DNA from: Calcarisporiella thermophila CBS 279.70
Taxonomy: Eukaryota > Fungi > Calcarisporiellomycota
NCBI RefSeq assembly: GCF_041956535.1
Contig: NW_027192201.1
Coordinates: 610,206-674,205, forward strand
Reading direction: 5' to 3'
Length of the DNA: 64,000 nucleotides
Positions 30,393-48,481 of the stretch are shown here, one piece after another (within the stretch, counting starts at the first letter, position 1; each line of letters starts with the position of its first letter). Under the pieces are notes generated by a model. That model ran no database searches. It was given only the letters and a program-made list of their open reading frames with translations, and was not told the origin of the DNA. Position numbers and translations under genes: made by a program.

Positions 30393-32174
30393 TCACTTTC
30401 TATCTATCAAATCCTTGTAGATGGGCCCGTACACGGCGCGATGGAATTCACTCAGTTTCCGCACCCGTTCACCCATGGCCAGGATCTCCTCCCGGACCAC
30501 GGTGAGGCCATCTGCCGCCAACTTTGCGGTGTCCACGGTGCCCCTCTCCACAAGGGAGAGCAGGTGCCCACGCAACCGTTCGCGCACCAACCGTGCCATG
30601 TCCGAGGGAACTGGACCGGTGTTCCGCTGGATCCATCCCTCGACGAAGGCGGCGCTCATTCCCCCGTATTGGGCCATCGCGGCGGCGATTTTGTCGAAGC
30701 GCTTTGGCCGCTCGATCATCAGCGGCCAGAGGGTATGCTTAAGGCGTTTGTTCTGTACCGGTGCTAGGTGACTAGTGAGGAAGAATGCAGATGCAAGGAA
30801 TGCTAGGTCCTCGAAGTCGGAGTGGTAGGAGGCCAGGCGTTGTTGATCGAATGCAAATGTTTCGGGGAGAGGTTTGGTTACATTTTCGGGGGAGGTGGAG
30901 ATGAGGGAGATGAGGTATTCGTTGAATACTCGGGTGAGCGTTTTCGAGTCGTACATTCCGCCGCTCAGCTCCACGAGATCGTGGAGCCACAGCTCGGTCC
31001 TTGTCAACCGGGCTGCGCTAGCTTGGAGTTGCCCGGTGAAAAACTGTCTCTCGAACTCGACGGCGCTCTCCACTAGGTACGGGCGCAATGTGCGGAGCTG
31101 GTGGTTAGCAATATCCAGCCTCATCCACTCTAGGATTTCGAAGCACATGCTTAAGCCGCAGATCCATTCTCCGGCCTCGACGGCTTTGACCATTCGCTCC
31201 AGGAGCTCATCCCGAATGGGCGCGCAGTGTAGCTTCAGCAGGCGAGCCATAAACGTTGTGATGCTGCGTGCGTCAAAAACACCATGCTCCAGCTGTTGCA
31301 CGACAAGTTGCGGGTCAAGGACCTCTTGCACGAGAACGCTGTACTCCTGGTCGGTCGTGGGCAGCACGCAGGCAATAACGGCACGCAATTCCTCGATCAG
31401 CTGGCCAATGTGATCGTATTGCGGCTGGCCAGCCCGCAAGGTGTACATCGAGGGAAGGCATCCACACATGTTTTCGTTTGCGCTGTAGAACTCTCCAGGG
31501 GCCAAGCCGGGAGGAGGCGGGGGATGGAAATAGCAAAACGGCCGGCCCGTTGCTCGGGCCTCCACCCATCCCCAAAATCTCCGGGCTCTCTCCCGTTTTC
31601 GCACCCCGGCATCCCCTTCGGTGCTGGGCCGAAACTGCAGATGGGGATCAAAGACAAGATCATGCCGTAGCTGGGGGTTTTTCAGGATCTCAAACATGTC
31701 TAGTTCATGGAGCGTTGTGGCCGTGACGGGGGGCCTAAGCTTTGGGAGGGAGTGGTGGGAGTATGGGGAGAGCAGCGGAAGCCTGGTCACATTGACCGTG
31801 TTGCCAGAGACGGCGACGACGGGCTGCGAGGGATGGGGCTGGGAGGAGGCGGCAGCATCGGCAAGTTTTGGCCGCTTATAGGAGCTTTCTGAATACCTGT
31901 CGTTGGAAGGAGAGCTGCGCTTTGCATTCTTCGGCTGCTTGGGGCTGCCGACGGAGGCCTGGGGTGCGGGGGAGGAATATCGGCGCTGAGAGTGGGCCCC
32001 CACGCCGGCCGACTGGGCTTGCTGTGAGGAAGTAGCTGACTGCGAGGAGGCGGAGGATGGGTTGGAATTGTCTCTCGGAGAGAAGTCACAATCGGCACGG
32101 GGATTTTCTACAAGCAAAGGATGAAGGGGGAGCTCATCAACGGATCCGTCGGGTATGGGCAAGTTATTCTGCAT
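30393..32174 (-). CDS. SOK1: Sok1 / T-complex protein 11 family protein (intronless)
   Basis: PPVTATTLHELDMFEILKNPQLRHDLVFDPHLQFRP, HCAPIRD, MRLDIANHQLRTLRP, PETFAFD, HRAVYGPIY; first ATG in frame at 32174. Confidence 0.9.
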   Translation of the reverse strand: MQNNLPIPDGSVDELPLHPLLVENPRADCDFSPRDNSNPSSASSQSATSSQQAQSAGVGAHSQRRYSSPAPQASVGSPKQPKNAKRSSPSNDRYSESSYKRPKLADAAASSQPHPSQPVVAVSGNTVNVTRLPLLSPYSHHSLPKLRPPVTATTLHELDMFEILKNPQLRHDLVFDPHLQFRPSTEGDAGVRKRERARRFWGWVEARATGRPFCYFHPPPPPGLAPGEFYSANENMCGCLPSMYTLRAGQPQYDHIGQLIEELRAVIACVLPTTDQEYSVLVQEVLDPQLVVQQLEHGVFDARSITTFMARLLKLHCAPIRDELLERMVKAVEAGEWICGLSMCFEILEWMRLDIANHQLRTLRPYLVESAVEFERQFFTGQLQASAARLTRTELWLHDLVELSGGMYDSKTLTRVFNEYLISLISTSPENVTKPLPETFAFDQQRLASYHSDFEDLAFLASAFFLTSHLAPVQNKRLKHTLWPLMIERPKRFDKIAAAMAQYGGMSAAFVEGWIQRNTGPVPSDMARLVRERLRGHLLSLVERGTVDTAKLAADGLTVVREEILAMGERVRKLSEFHRAVYGPIYKDLIDRK

Positions 32175-33099
32175 GATGTCCAGGAGGGCGCAGGGTGCTG
32201 GCAATGTCGGGGGTAATGAGGGAGGGAAGAGAGGAGAAAAGAGGATGAGCAGGGCACGAGGAGGGGGGGAGGGGGGCTGGGCGAGAGGGCGGGGGCGCTT
32301 CAGGCAGCGAGAGAGGGGAGATTAAATAGGGGATGGGGAGAGAAGAGCTTAGGGGAAATAGGGGCAAGAGGAGAATGGCAAGGAGGCGAGGGGGAGAAAC
32401 ACCTATATAAATAAAAGGGCCTGAGGGTGAAAAAAAAGTGAAATCAATTAGCGCTGATAAAATTTAATATGCGCACCATATATGGATGGCTGCTAGATCA
32501 AACAGCGGCGAGCATCGCAGAGGGCAGAGAGGAGAAATAAAGCATTGACACTTTTAGACAAGGATTGGAGGCCCTCCACATTCCAACCTCAGCAGCACCG
32601 GGATTTTCATATTGGTGCGCTGGCCAAAAAAAAAAGCGCTGCAAGTTTCACCTTCCCCTTCTTCCGCAACTTGATCTCCAGTTTAATAAGGAGGTTTGCG
32701 GAATCGGGCAGGCTGTAAGACCGGCAGGGCAAGCGTATAAATACTAACTATAGTAGCGATGGAAAAAGAAATGAGTGAACCTTGTTTCCGCTCCGCTCTG
32801 CCGAATCAGCCCGCGAAAATCAGAATCCAGACTCTCCTCTGAGCCTCTCGCGCTCCACACAGCTCCTGCATTGGCGGACACACAATATGGTTAATTATAG
32901 ATGCTTATTTATATATATTTATATATATCGAATCGAGGGATCCTTTTTATCTAAGAACAATATCATATCGTAACCCATAAAGAAAAATAAAATAAATCAT
33001 AATCTGCTCCATCATGTTTTGGCCGGGCGCCTCCGCGTATGTGAGGGCGGCCCTAAACCAATCCATCCGATGCCCAGATTCGTTTTTCTCCCTCCTCTT

Positions 33100-37472
<4,373 letters not shown>

Positions 37473-37932
37473 CGCGATTTAAAGGAAAAAAAAATGGTGT
37501 CTATTCTCCCTTTAAAACTACAAGCCTGATGAGGGGGGTATTTATCCTTAATTACGCACGAATTCTTTTGGTTACCAACAGGAAAAATAGAAAAAAAGAA
37601 TAGAAATGCAAATTTAGTCAAGGAGGCTAAGCTCCAGCGCGCGATCGAGAATGGGTTCATAGGAATTTTTATTCAGTGCCAAATAACTTCAACCAGGCCC
37701 CCCTCTCTTTAGCGGCTTATTCAACGCCTTAGATCCCCTTGTGTTCAAAATTCGATTTCTTGCCAGTGGAAGCTACTTGCAAAATAGCCCACACTTGTTC
37801 GAAATCTTTTAAATGGGTTGCTAGCAAGTAATGTACTTTTTCGATAAATAGTCCCAACTTTGCATTCGTTTATTTATTCCTGTTGACTGCCTGCCATCTT
37901 TCACCTCCTCATCTCTCTCTTTTGCAAAAAGT

Positions 37933-40900
37933 ATGAGCCAGCCCGACCTCCCCCCCCACCCTCCACCAAATTCTTCAAGAGCTCGATCGCGAGTTGGCCG
38001 AGGGATATATCACACAAAAGGGCTACGAGAAGCGGAGAGACGAACTCGTATATCAATATACCCAAAAACAAGCCGCCTCCCTATTCGATGAGAGCCAGCC
38101 AGAGCAGCCAATGCAATGGAAAAATGGCGACAATAATGCCCCAAGGCGATTTTCGCAGTTTCGCCTAGATGATCTCGCATTCCCGTCAGAGTATGGCACG
38201 CATTCTGCACCGTATTCTCGCACCAGCATTCACGCTCTCACCGAGCAAACGGCCCGAATGGATATACGGTACTCTGCAGAGGACACGCATCGATCGTATA
38301 GTTTAAACCGAGGTTGGCTGGGGGCACAGGCGGAAAGACGTCCCATGAATGAACCCGCAGGTCCATTAACCAACAGTTCGCAATTCGTACAATCTCCAGT
38401 ACAGGCTCCTGCTGGTGTTTCCACTGCCTTCTCTCCAAGAATTCGCCCTTCGCTCCCACCATCGCTCCAAGGAGCACCCTACGGTCATATCCCCTATCGC
38501 CCAGCGCCTGGCGATGTAGCTGGGATGCCTCGACACAGGCCTACGATTGAAGGTTATCAAGGATATTATGTGAGTTAAGTTATTGAGTGGGTTCCCGTGC
38601 AATATTATTCTAAATTTATATAATGCTCCCATGATTTCAATAGCCGACATATGGAGCAGAGACACCGATTGCCCCGCAACAACCAGCGTACGCTTCTCCA
38701 AGCATAAGGCCGCCTATGGGGCCTCCAGAGCTCCCGTTGCAGCAATCGGACTATCCGCTCCGTCGCACAGATACTATTGGCCATATGCCGAATATTGAGG
38801 CTCGTAACGGATCCTTTCACCGATCGAACAATGCCTTGTCCAAGTCTCAGAGCTTGCGCTATGATAGCAATTCTCCCCGAAATAGTAAAATTCACTTTAT
38901 TGAGTGTGTTTCCATTGCATGAATATTCATACCGTGCCATCATCAGTTTCAGATAGACGCTCCACCATGTCCACCGTGACATCTGGCCTCTTCAATTATC
39001 GTCTGAATGAGCGCCGTCCGAGCATAGCCTCGCATCCTAGCATTGGCCGGCGCATTGCACATGCCGCGCGAATTGCTCCTGATCCGCAGCCAAACTTCAA
39101 TTGGTCAACGGTGGACCCGATGCTCTTGAACGATCTCGCGGGGAAGCAATCCCTGCCACTGGAGCCACGTGAAATTCCCTTCACCGTTTTCGACGGAAAT
39201 TTCGGGAGCCGTCGCGATATGACTGAGTTTCGCAACATTGCAGAGGTGCTTCGTCACCGTGCATTCATCACCCCTCGTGGAGCGGCGTTCACTGTTATCA
39301 GTCCAAAGGGGAAGGAAATGGCCAATTTCACATGGGAGAAGCTTCACCTTCGAGCACTCAAGGTTGCCGAAGTGATTCGTGAAAAGTCTGGCCTGAGACT
39401 TGGCGACCGAATTGCACTTTTGTATCGTAAATCAGAGATCATCGACTTCATTATCGCGTTGTACGGCTGCTTCTTTGCTGGGGTGGTGGCGGTGCCGCTC
39501 AACACGGTTGATGACCTATCCGATGTATCCTACATCCTCTTCGCGACCAAGGTGTGGCTGGTGCTCACCACGGAGTACAACTTGAAGACCTACGGCAAGG
39601 AAATCATGGCTCATAAATCGCAGTTGCCGCTGAATCTCGAGTGGTGGAAGACAAACGAATTCGGAAGTTGGCACCCGAAGAAGGGCCCAACGGATTATCC
39701 GAACATTGTCGTCCCTGATTTGGCATACATAGAATACTCCAAATCTCCTAATGGGGAACTCAAAGGCGTCGCGGTGAGCCACAAAACCGTCATGTACCAA
39801 GGGCTGGTGTACAAAGGGGCAATGACGACAACTCGTTACCGCGATCTGGGCAATTCAACCATATCGGCTTCCAATGTGAGCACGAGCCAGTCAATAGCGG
39901 GTGCGCGCGACTCGACCGATCTATTCGAGAGGGATCCAGATGCAATGCGCAGAAATGTTCTGAACCACGGTGGAGAGGTATTCCTGACGTATGTAGAGCC
40001 ACGGCAGCAGGTTGGCTTGGTGCTTGGAGCATTGGCTGGAGTATATTGCGGCAACTGGACTCTCTACATAAGCTCGACTTCCCTCGAGACCCCGGGGCTA
40101 TGGGCGAATCTAGTGACGAAATATCAAGGTGAGGATACGGACCCCCCCCCCCTCTACCCATTCAAAAGTGGATCCTCACGTTTGTCCTATTTTTTTCTCA
40201 CCCTCTCTTTAAGTGACCATGGCCCTTGTTGATTATCCGATATTTATGACCGCCGTCCAGCAATATGAAAAAGACCCTCAAGCAACCCACAGCTTCTCTA
40301 AAAAAACCCCACCCGATCTCTCCTCATTACGATTTCTCCTTATAGACACACAACTTATATATCCCGCTCTCAACGATCGCATTTGCGAAAACTTTTTACG
40401 CCCTCTCAATGTAAAACATCCAATGGATGTGGTCAACCCCCTCTGCACCTTGTCTGAGCATGGGGGGATGATCTTGAGTATGAAAGACTACGTAGGTCCT
40501 CCGGACCGCATGCCAGAGCTAGCCTTGACGCTGGATGTGGAAAGACAGCTGGGGGATTCTCCCGGGTTTGCACCCCGTGACCTCCCGCCGGATGATTCTG
40601 TCGACGAGACACGGTCAGTGTCCATAACTTCGACCACCAATGGCTCCTCGCTCGACACATGGGAGTATCTCCTTGACCGCGAAGCGCTCAAAGAAAATCG
40701 AGTGGTAGTGGTGGCCGCCACCTCGGAGGGCGGCGCACGCGAATCGACCCCGGGTCTGATGAGGGTGGCTGCCTTTGGGTTCGTGATGCCGGAGGCTACT
40801 CTCGCCATTGTTGACCCCCTAACCTGCGCCCTCTGTCCCCCTGACGCGGTGGGTGAAATATGGGTGGACTCTCCTGCGCTGAGTGGAGGTTTTTGGGCAC

Positions 40901-43567
40901 TGCCTCGAGACAGCGATGCCATCTTCCATGCGCGACCCTACCTGATAACCGGGGATGCGCGACCAGAGCCGTACGACCAAGACTTCTTGCGTACAGGCTT
41001 GCTCGGATGTCTGATTGGGGGGCGATTGGTTGTGCTTGGGCTTTATGAGGACCGGATTCGCCAGCAAATTCCGGGTGCGCCTTTGGGTGTGGAGGAGTTC
41101 CACTACGCCCCGGATTTGTGTAGAACGGTGGAGCAGTTCCGCGCGGTGAACTTCTGCACAGCTTTCGATGTCTATGTAAATGAAGAGCATCTACCGGCCA
41201 TAGTATACGAGACCTCTCTCCCTGCTGCAGAGCAGCCCAAGATAGCAGAACAAGTCACCCGTGCCTTGGGAGAGGGGCATGGCCTGAGAATATATTGTAT
41301 CATGAGCTGTGCTTCCGGCACATTGCCGCGAACTTTCCGCAACGGAAAACGATTCGTCAACCCGATGCTGGTGCGGCGGGGATTCGAGCTAGGAATGCTT
41401 TCACCCCTCTACATGTCCTTTGATATCGACCAAACCGTGACCAACATTGGATGTGGAGATGACCCTGTCAATGGAATTTGGCAGTCTTGTAAGTCTCTCG
41501 CCCTTTTTCTTCCCCTTTCCCCTTTGTTATTATCCGACGTATTCTTACAACTCTGCCATAACTCTAGCTGCGGCATATGATGCCGCCCTTGAGCGTGGTG
41601 ATATCCCATGGGACCAGCGCATTCCGCAACACACCGGGATAGAGATGGTAAACGAAGTGATTGATGAACACACTGGCGTCAACCTGGCCCAGTTTACCTC
41701 CATCACGGATATACTTATCTGGAGATCATCCACGACGCCGGATGATATTGCCTATCGCATCCTGGACTCCCGCAATCGCGAGGCCAAACCCCTCACCTGG
41801 CGCAAGCTCAGCCTGAAAACGGCCGGCGCTGCACAATACCTGGAGAAGCACGGAGTCAAGGCAGGAGAGCGGGTGTTGCTCGTGTTTCCGCATGGCGTCG
41901 ACTACATTCTCGCCGTGCATGCCTGTTTGGTGGTGGGTGCCGTGCCGGTGCCCATTCCGCAGCCAGAGTCCAATCGGTTGTACGAGGACATACCCGCGAT
42001 GATGGGGCTAATAAGTAGTCTGGGGATCAAGAAAGTGCTTGTCAACGGTCGCACGGAGGAGGTACTGCGCTCGCGCGCGGTGCAGCTTGAGATACGCAAC
42101 TCGAAACAGACCTTCCCGCAACTCATCAATACAGCCAAGGCGAGCAAAAGCGTGAAGCAACTCGGGAAGGAGTCCGGCTACGCGATTCGAAAAGAGTGGC
42201 TAGAGCCCGATCGAGTTTCGCTGATTCTAGTGCACTACACCTCGGACATGCGGCTCCAATGCATTGGGTTTGGGCACGACACCATCCTGGCCCAGTGTCG
42301 CACCCAAAAGTACACTTGCCAAATGTCGCCATCGCGAAGTCTAATCAGCTGCGTCCGCAGCTTCAATGGGCTGGGCTTCTTGCACTGCGTGATGTGTGGC
42401 GTGTATGTGGGGTGCTCGACGGTGCTCATCTCGCCGCCCGACTACTACGCTAACCCGCAGATTTTCTTCGAGACCGTGAGCAACTATCGGGTCAAGGATG
42501 CATTCGTTTCGCCCCTGCAGATGCAGTATGCAATGGCGCTGATGACCAATGCCCAGTTCCGCCGTCTCTCCTTGCACGGGCTGCAGAACATGATGATTGC
42601 GTACAACGGACGCGCCAACATCGAGCTGCACCGCAACATCACCTCCCATTTTCTCGCCAGCCGCCTTGAGGAGGTGGCGATAAACCATGTGTACAGCCAC
42701 GCCATCAACCCCATGATCACCACACGGTCCTATATGCTTATCGAGCCGGTTGCGCTGAATCTGGAGCTGTGGAGCCTGCGGCGAGGGATCGTGAAGCCGG
42801 TGCGCCAGACGGATGAGGTGAGCACGGTGCTGGTGCATGACTCGGGAATTGTCCCGTGCACTACCATGATTGCCATAGTGAACCCAGAAACACGCACCAT
42901 TTGCCCGAGCAATACCATTGGGGAGATCTGGGTCGCGTCGGATGCTAACGGCCGCGGTATCTCCGAGGATCGCTTTGCCACGATCCAGGGTGGGGACCCG
43001 CGCGTTCGCTACGCTCGGACGGGAGACTTAGGCTTTCTGTGGTGTGTGCGACGGCCGCGCGAAGACACCTATGAGGAAGGGCAGTGTCTCTTCGTCCTGG
43101 GCGCGATCGGGGAAACGTTCGAGATCGACGGCCTCATGCACTTCCCGATAGACATTGAGCGTAGCATTGAGCAGTGCCACTCCGGCATCAATACGGACGG
43201 GTGCGTGGTATTCCAGGCTGCTGGGGAGATAGTGGTGGCAGTGGAGGTCACGGGGGAGCCGCTCGCTCTCGTGGTGCCGATTGTGCAAGCAGTGCTCGAC
43301 CAGCACCAGCTGCCCATTGATGTGATTTGTTTGCTGCCGCCAGAGAACATCCCTAAATCCCGGCAGGGCGAGAAACAGCGGAGCAAAGTGCTCGCAAGCT
43401 ATCTGGCCAAAACCCTGAAATCCTTGCTTATTTATCGCGTTCGCCAACCCCTTTCCTCCGAGCCAACCCAGCCGCCCGCTGTCATGGATGCAGCGTCCCC
43501 GGCATCCTCGTCCGTGAGAAACTCCGCCCTTCTCCCGCAGCAAGGCTATGCGACGGATCACTTATGA
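37933..43567 (+). CDS. DIP2: DIP2/Cmr2/Cps1 family: DMAP-binding domain plus two fatty acyl-AMP-ligase-like domains; apparent +1 frameshift at 37950-37957
   Basis: LQELDRELAEGYITQKGYEKRR (DMAP-binding), LAYIEYSKSPNGELKGVAVSH, GEIWVDSP, FLRTGLLG, second module GEIWVAS...YARTGDLG, PKSRQGEKQR. Confidence 0.92.
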
Positions 43568-44007
43568 TGAGGCTCCTGCATGACGGAACCAGCCTGTTGG
43601 CGCCAAGGGGGTGCGGATGGCCGGTTCTCGTCCTATTTATTTATTTTTTATAGGTCTAATCCAATTTGTTTCCGCCTTCTGTTTGTTATTATTCTAGTGT
43701 TTTTTTTCCTCTTAATGCTCTTTCCCATCTATTGTTATCCCTCTAGTTTCCTGCCCCCCTCTCTTCCTAAATTCCCAATATCGACATTTTTGATATCATA
43801 TATTTCTTTTTAATTTTATTTTGTTCTTTTCCTAATATTTGATCCCTCCTCTTAAAAAAAAGAGCACTTGTTTTTGTTTCTCCTGTTCCGAGGTTTTGGT
43901 CACCCATGGCAAAGCGCAGTTGCCGTCCATGGACCCTTAATATATATATATTTGTATCCATTACGCTTAATAAACACAGTAGTAAAATAGCAATACTAGG
44001 AAAACGA

Positions 44008-44021
44008 GGGGGGGGGGGGGG
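44008..44021 (+). repeat. G14 homopolymer between the convergent DIP2 and SYF1 3' ends
   Basis: Direct reading. Confidence 0.85.
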
Positions 44022-44096
44022 AAGGGTGGACCTATCGTCGGGAAAAGAAACAATTGTTTGGGGATTGGATTGACAATGAAAAAAATAAAGAAAAGA

Positions 44097-46708
44097 CTAT
44101 GCATCCTCAATAACCATCTCTCCGTCCTGGTTCGCATTTTCCTGCTGCTGTTTCTGCTGCTGTCGCCCCGCGAGCATCTGAGCCGATATGAAGTTGACCT
44201 CGGTGTTGTATTGTGCCTGGACACTACGCTTGATCCGCAGCATCTCCTTGAACGTGTCCTCATTGCCGTGCTTAACCTCGAACTCGTGCCACGTCTGCCA
44301 GAAACTCGGGACCGTCTTTGAGTAAAGCAAAAGATAAAGGGGGGGTGAGTGGGTGAAAACATCTACACCGACACAACGCCGGAAAACTTACCCTTGGATC
44401 ACAGAACTGGCTCGCGTAGCCGTAGATGGCTCTCGCCCGATCGATTTCCCCGAGCTTCCTCTCCATTTGGGCGTACCGGAGGCATATCTCGCGGGCGTCT
44501 TTGTCGGGCAGCGCCTCGATCGCGCGCTCGTAAATCTCCCGCGTGGCGGTCACGCCGAAGAACTCGGAGACCTTGGCGATGTAGAAGATGAACATCTCGA
44601 AGCGATCTTCATCGCTGACGGCGGACGTTGCGCGGTCATAGATGCGCATTGCGTGACGCGCCAAGCCGTGCTCCTCCTCCAGCTTGCCATACATGAGATA
44701 GAGGGGCTTAGCGTACTTGGGCGGGCATTTCTCCAGCGCCTGCTCGAACAGATCGCGGGTTCGCTCCAGCTTGGTGCCGCCGTACCTCTTGATGAACTTG
44801 CTGAGGTAAATGTTCCACAGTTCGAATGCAATCGGGTATCCAAAGGCCTCGACTCCCCGCTCGTACACCTTGAAGCTCTCCTCGAAGTACTTGTGTTCCT
44901 CGAGGAAGGTCGCATAGTTGACGATAATCTGAGGGGTGGCAATGCGCAGCTCGAGGATGCGGTCATACACAGCCTTGGCCGACTCGACCGTGCCGATCGA
45001 CTCCTCGAGGTCGACGTAGAAGGACCACAGCTTGAGCGACTTGTGCACGCGCTGTTGCACGGAGATGCTCTCGTCGTGGAAATCCACCTTGTTATATCTG
45101 GTTCCGCTGGGCGGTGCTGTCGCACGGCCAAGCACCTCCAACGCACGGTCGTATTCGTCGTGCCGAAGCTCCATCTCCGCGTATTGGCACCACATCTCTG
45201 CCAAATCGTTCACCTGCTTGTAATCGGACTTCACCGCCTTCTCGAAGATGGTGCGGGCCGCATCAAGATCGCCATCTTCCTCGTAGAGTTTGGCGAAACT
45301 TGTCCAGAGCTCCGGGAGTTTTCCCACTGCATCTCGGGGTTTGATCGTATCAATAGCTTGCGTGTATGTCTCCACCACTCTGGCGAGATCGTCGCCGCAC
45401 AGAGCCACCCGTTTCATCCATTCGTGGACATTGTTCGGATTCTGCCGTAGTAGGACATCATTTACAAGGAAAGGTCGTCTTTCCATAAGTTGTTCGAAGC
45501 GAGCGAGGCGTAGGTCGAGGTCGAGATCCTCTTCTGGATCCGGCTCAGCACGCTCGGCTGCCAGCTCCATTTTGGTAGTAATGACGGATTCTTCGAACTC
45601 GGCGTACGCATCGAATACTTGTGTGAAATCGCGCACGGTCATGACGCTGGCAATAGCCTCTTCAAATGTATCTCGGGCCTAAATAGATGCAGCGAGCCGT
45701 CAGCATGTGAATATTCAATATATTATTATGTGTGTGTGCGTACCTTTTCAAAGTATCCCATTAAAATCCAATACCGGGCCAGGGAGTTCCATAGCTTCCC
45801 GACCTGGTCTGTGAAGCGTTTAATTCCGCTCCGAATAATTGGCTCTACGTTCAGATTTTTAATCTCTTTAGGGTGTTTACAAGCAAGGTCGCAGAGCTCC
45901 ATCCAGAGCTGATAGTGGCTCTTCCCTTTTCTCGACTTGAACCGCTCATCGCTTACTACTTGAGCCAATCTCGAAGCAGCCTCATCATAGCGCTTCAATG
46001 AGATCAAAAGCTCGATATAGTCCTCCACATGGTTGGGCTCCAGCTTAAGGTAGCGGCGATAGATGCGGATGGCGGTCTCACCCCCGATTTTATTGGCGAA
46101 TTGGAGGTAAACATCCCAGATCCGCGGGTGCTGTGTGATAGGTAGGGCCCGCAATGCACGGTCAAAGGTTCGTCGCGTTCTTGTGACACAACACTGGGTC
46201 ATTAGGAATGAGCAATAGTCGAGCCAGATCCTTGGCATCTGATTTAAAATCATGGTCAGTGGATGCCTATCCTTCGGGGGTTATAGACCTGAAACCTACC
46301 TTATGTAGTAGTACTAATGCTCGTTCGAAGCAGTTGTTCACTCGTCGATATTCCACCTCATGGCTTGCTGGATTAAGGCTCTTCACATGCGCTCTCCGTA
46401 GATCCAAGTACCGTTTCCATAACTTGTACGAGCCGGGCAGCTCGCGTAATGCGCGTTCATAAACGAAGATCTGATTTTTCTGGGGAGCATCGGCCTTGTA
46501 TTCGATGTAACGCATCCATGTTCTCAGGACATAGGGATTACGCAGTATTTCTTCCTCGTAAGGAATATCTTGCTCCGACTAATGTTGGAAAAGAATGGGA
46601 TTAGGCGAATCGAGAATAGGCCAGATGTTTTTCAAATATGATATTGATTAAAACACTTACGATCATATAGACGCAATCTGCGTCGAGATCCATCAGTTCT
46701 CCCGGCAT
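44097..46708 (-). CDS. SYF1: Pre-mRNA splicing factor Syf1/XAB2 (HAT repeats)
   Basis: [79 protein letters not shown]. Confidence 0.97.
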
Positions 46709-46884
46709 CGTTGGTCGGCTCGTGTATTGTCCACAACAAGAGCAACGCTATTTCATACAAGTTTACATACCCACAAGCCACAGAAAGGTTTAAATTAGGT
46801 TTCTATTTCATTTCACATGTGCTCGAGATCTTACCCTCTCCTTTATCGGTAAATTGATATATTATACTAGCCATCTCTTTTGAC

Positions 46885-47950
<1,066 letters not shown>

Positions 47951-48130
47951 ACGTTAGAGGCTCACTGCGCCGACCCTAGAATTTCCCTCCTATTTCCTAT
48001 TTTCTAATATAGAATAAATACTCCATTTTATTTTTTTTATTGCCTATAGGAGCGCCTCCCTTTCCTCATAATTTTAATGAAGGGTATGGGCATGGCCCTC
48101 CACTTCAAAAATTTTCGATGACGTCCTCCT

Positions 48131-48154
48131 CCCCCCCCTCCCCCCCCTCCCCCC
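48131..48154 (+). repeat. Interrupted poly-C tract (C8-T-C8-T-C6), G-quadruplex-capable on the minus strand
   Basis: Direct reading. Confidence 0.75.
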
Positions 48155-48481
48155 AACAACAACAAGGTTGATTCCGCCCTTGTTAGCGAAACTCTCTACA
48201 AAATCAGTTTAAACAACCTTTTTGTAAGCAGTGGAACAGCTTGTCTCCATCCAAACTTTAGATGGGCTGTCAGTCTAATTTTCTTTGAGCCAATACCGGT
48301 TTGCAAACTATAGTTTTATTTTCGATTTCCACCACGATCCTTTGACACGAAGTGTCTGTTATGATTGCTAATGAGAAACGAATTCTTTCATCAAATTCCC
48401 ATCCCGGCGACGAACTAGTCAACCTATATGCTCTTCTTCAAGTCCCACTTTAGCGCCATGACTTTTTCTCTCGCCGGGCGT

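Noticed and set aside
25628-32174. TCP1 and a TCP11-family gene lying close together, as in the mouse t-complex
   Set aside because: The proteins are unrelated and share only a historical name; conserved synteny over that distance is implausible.
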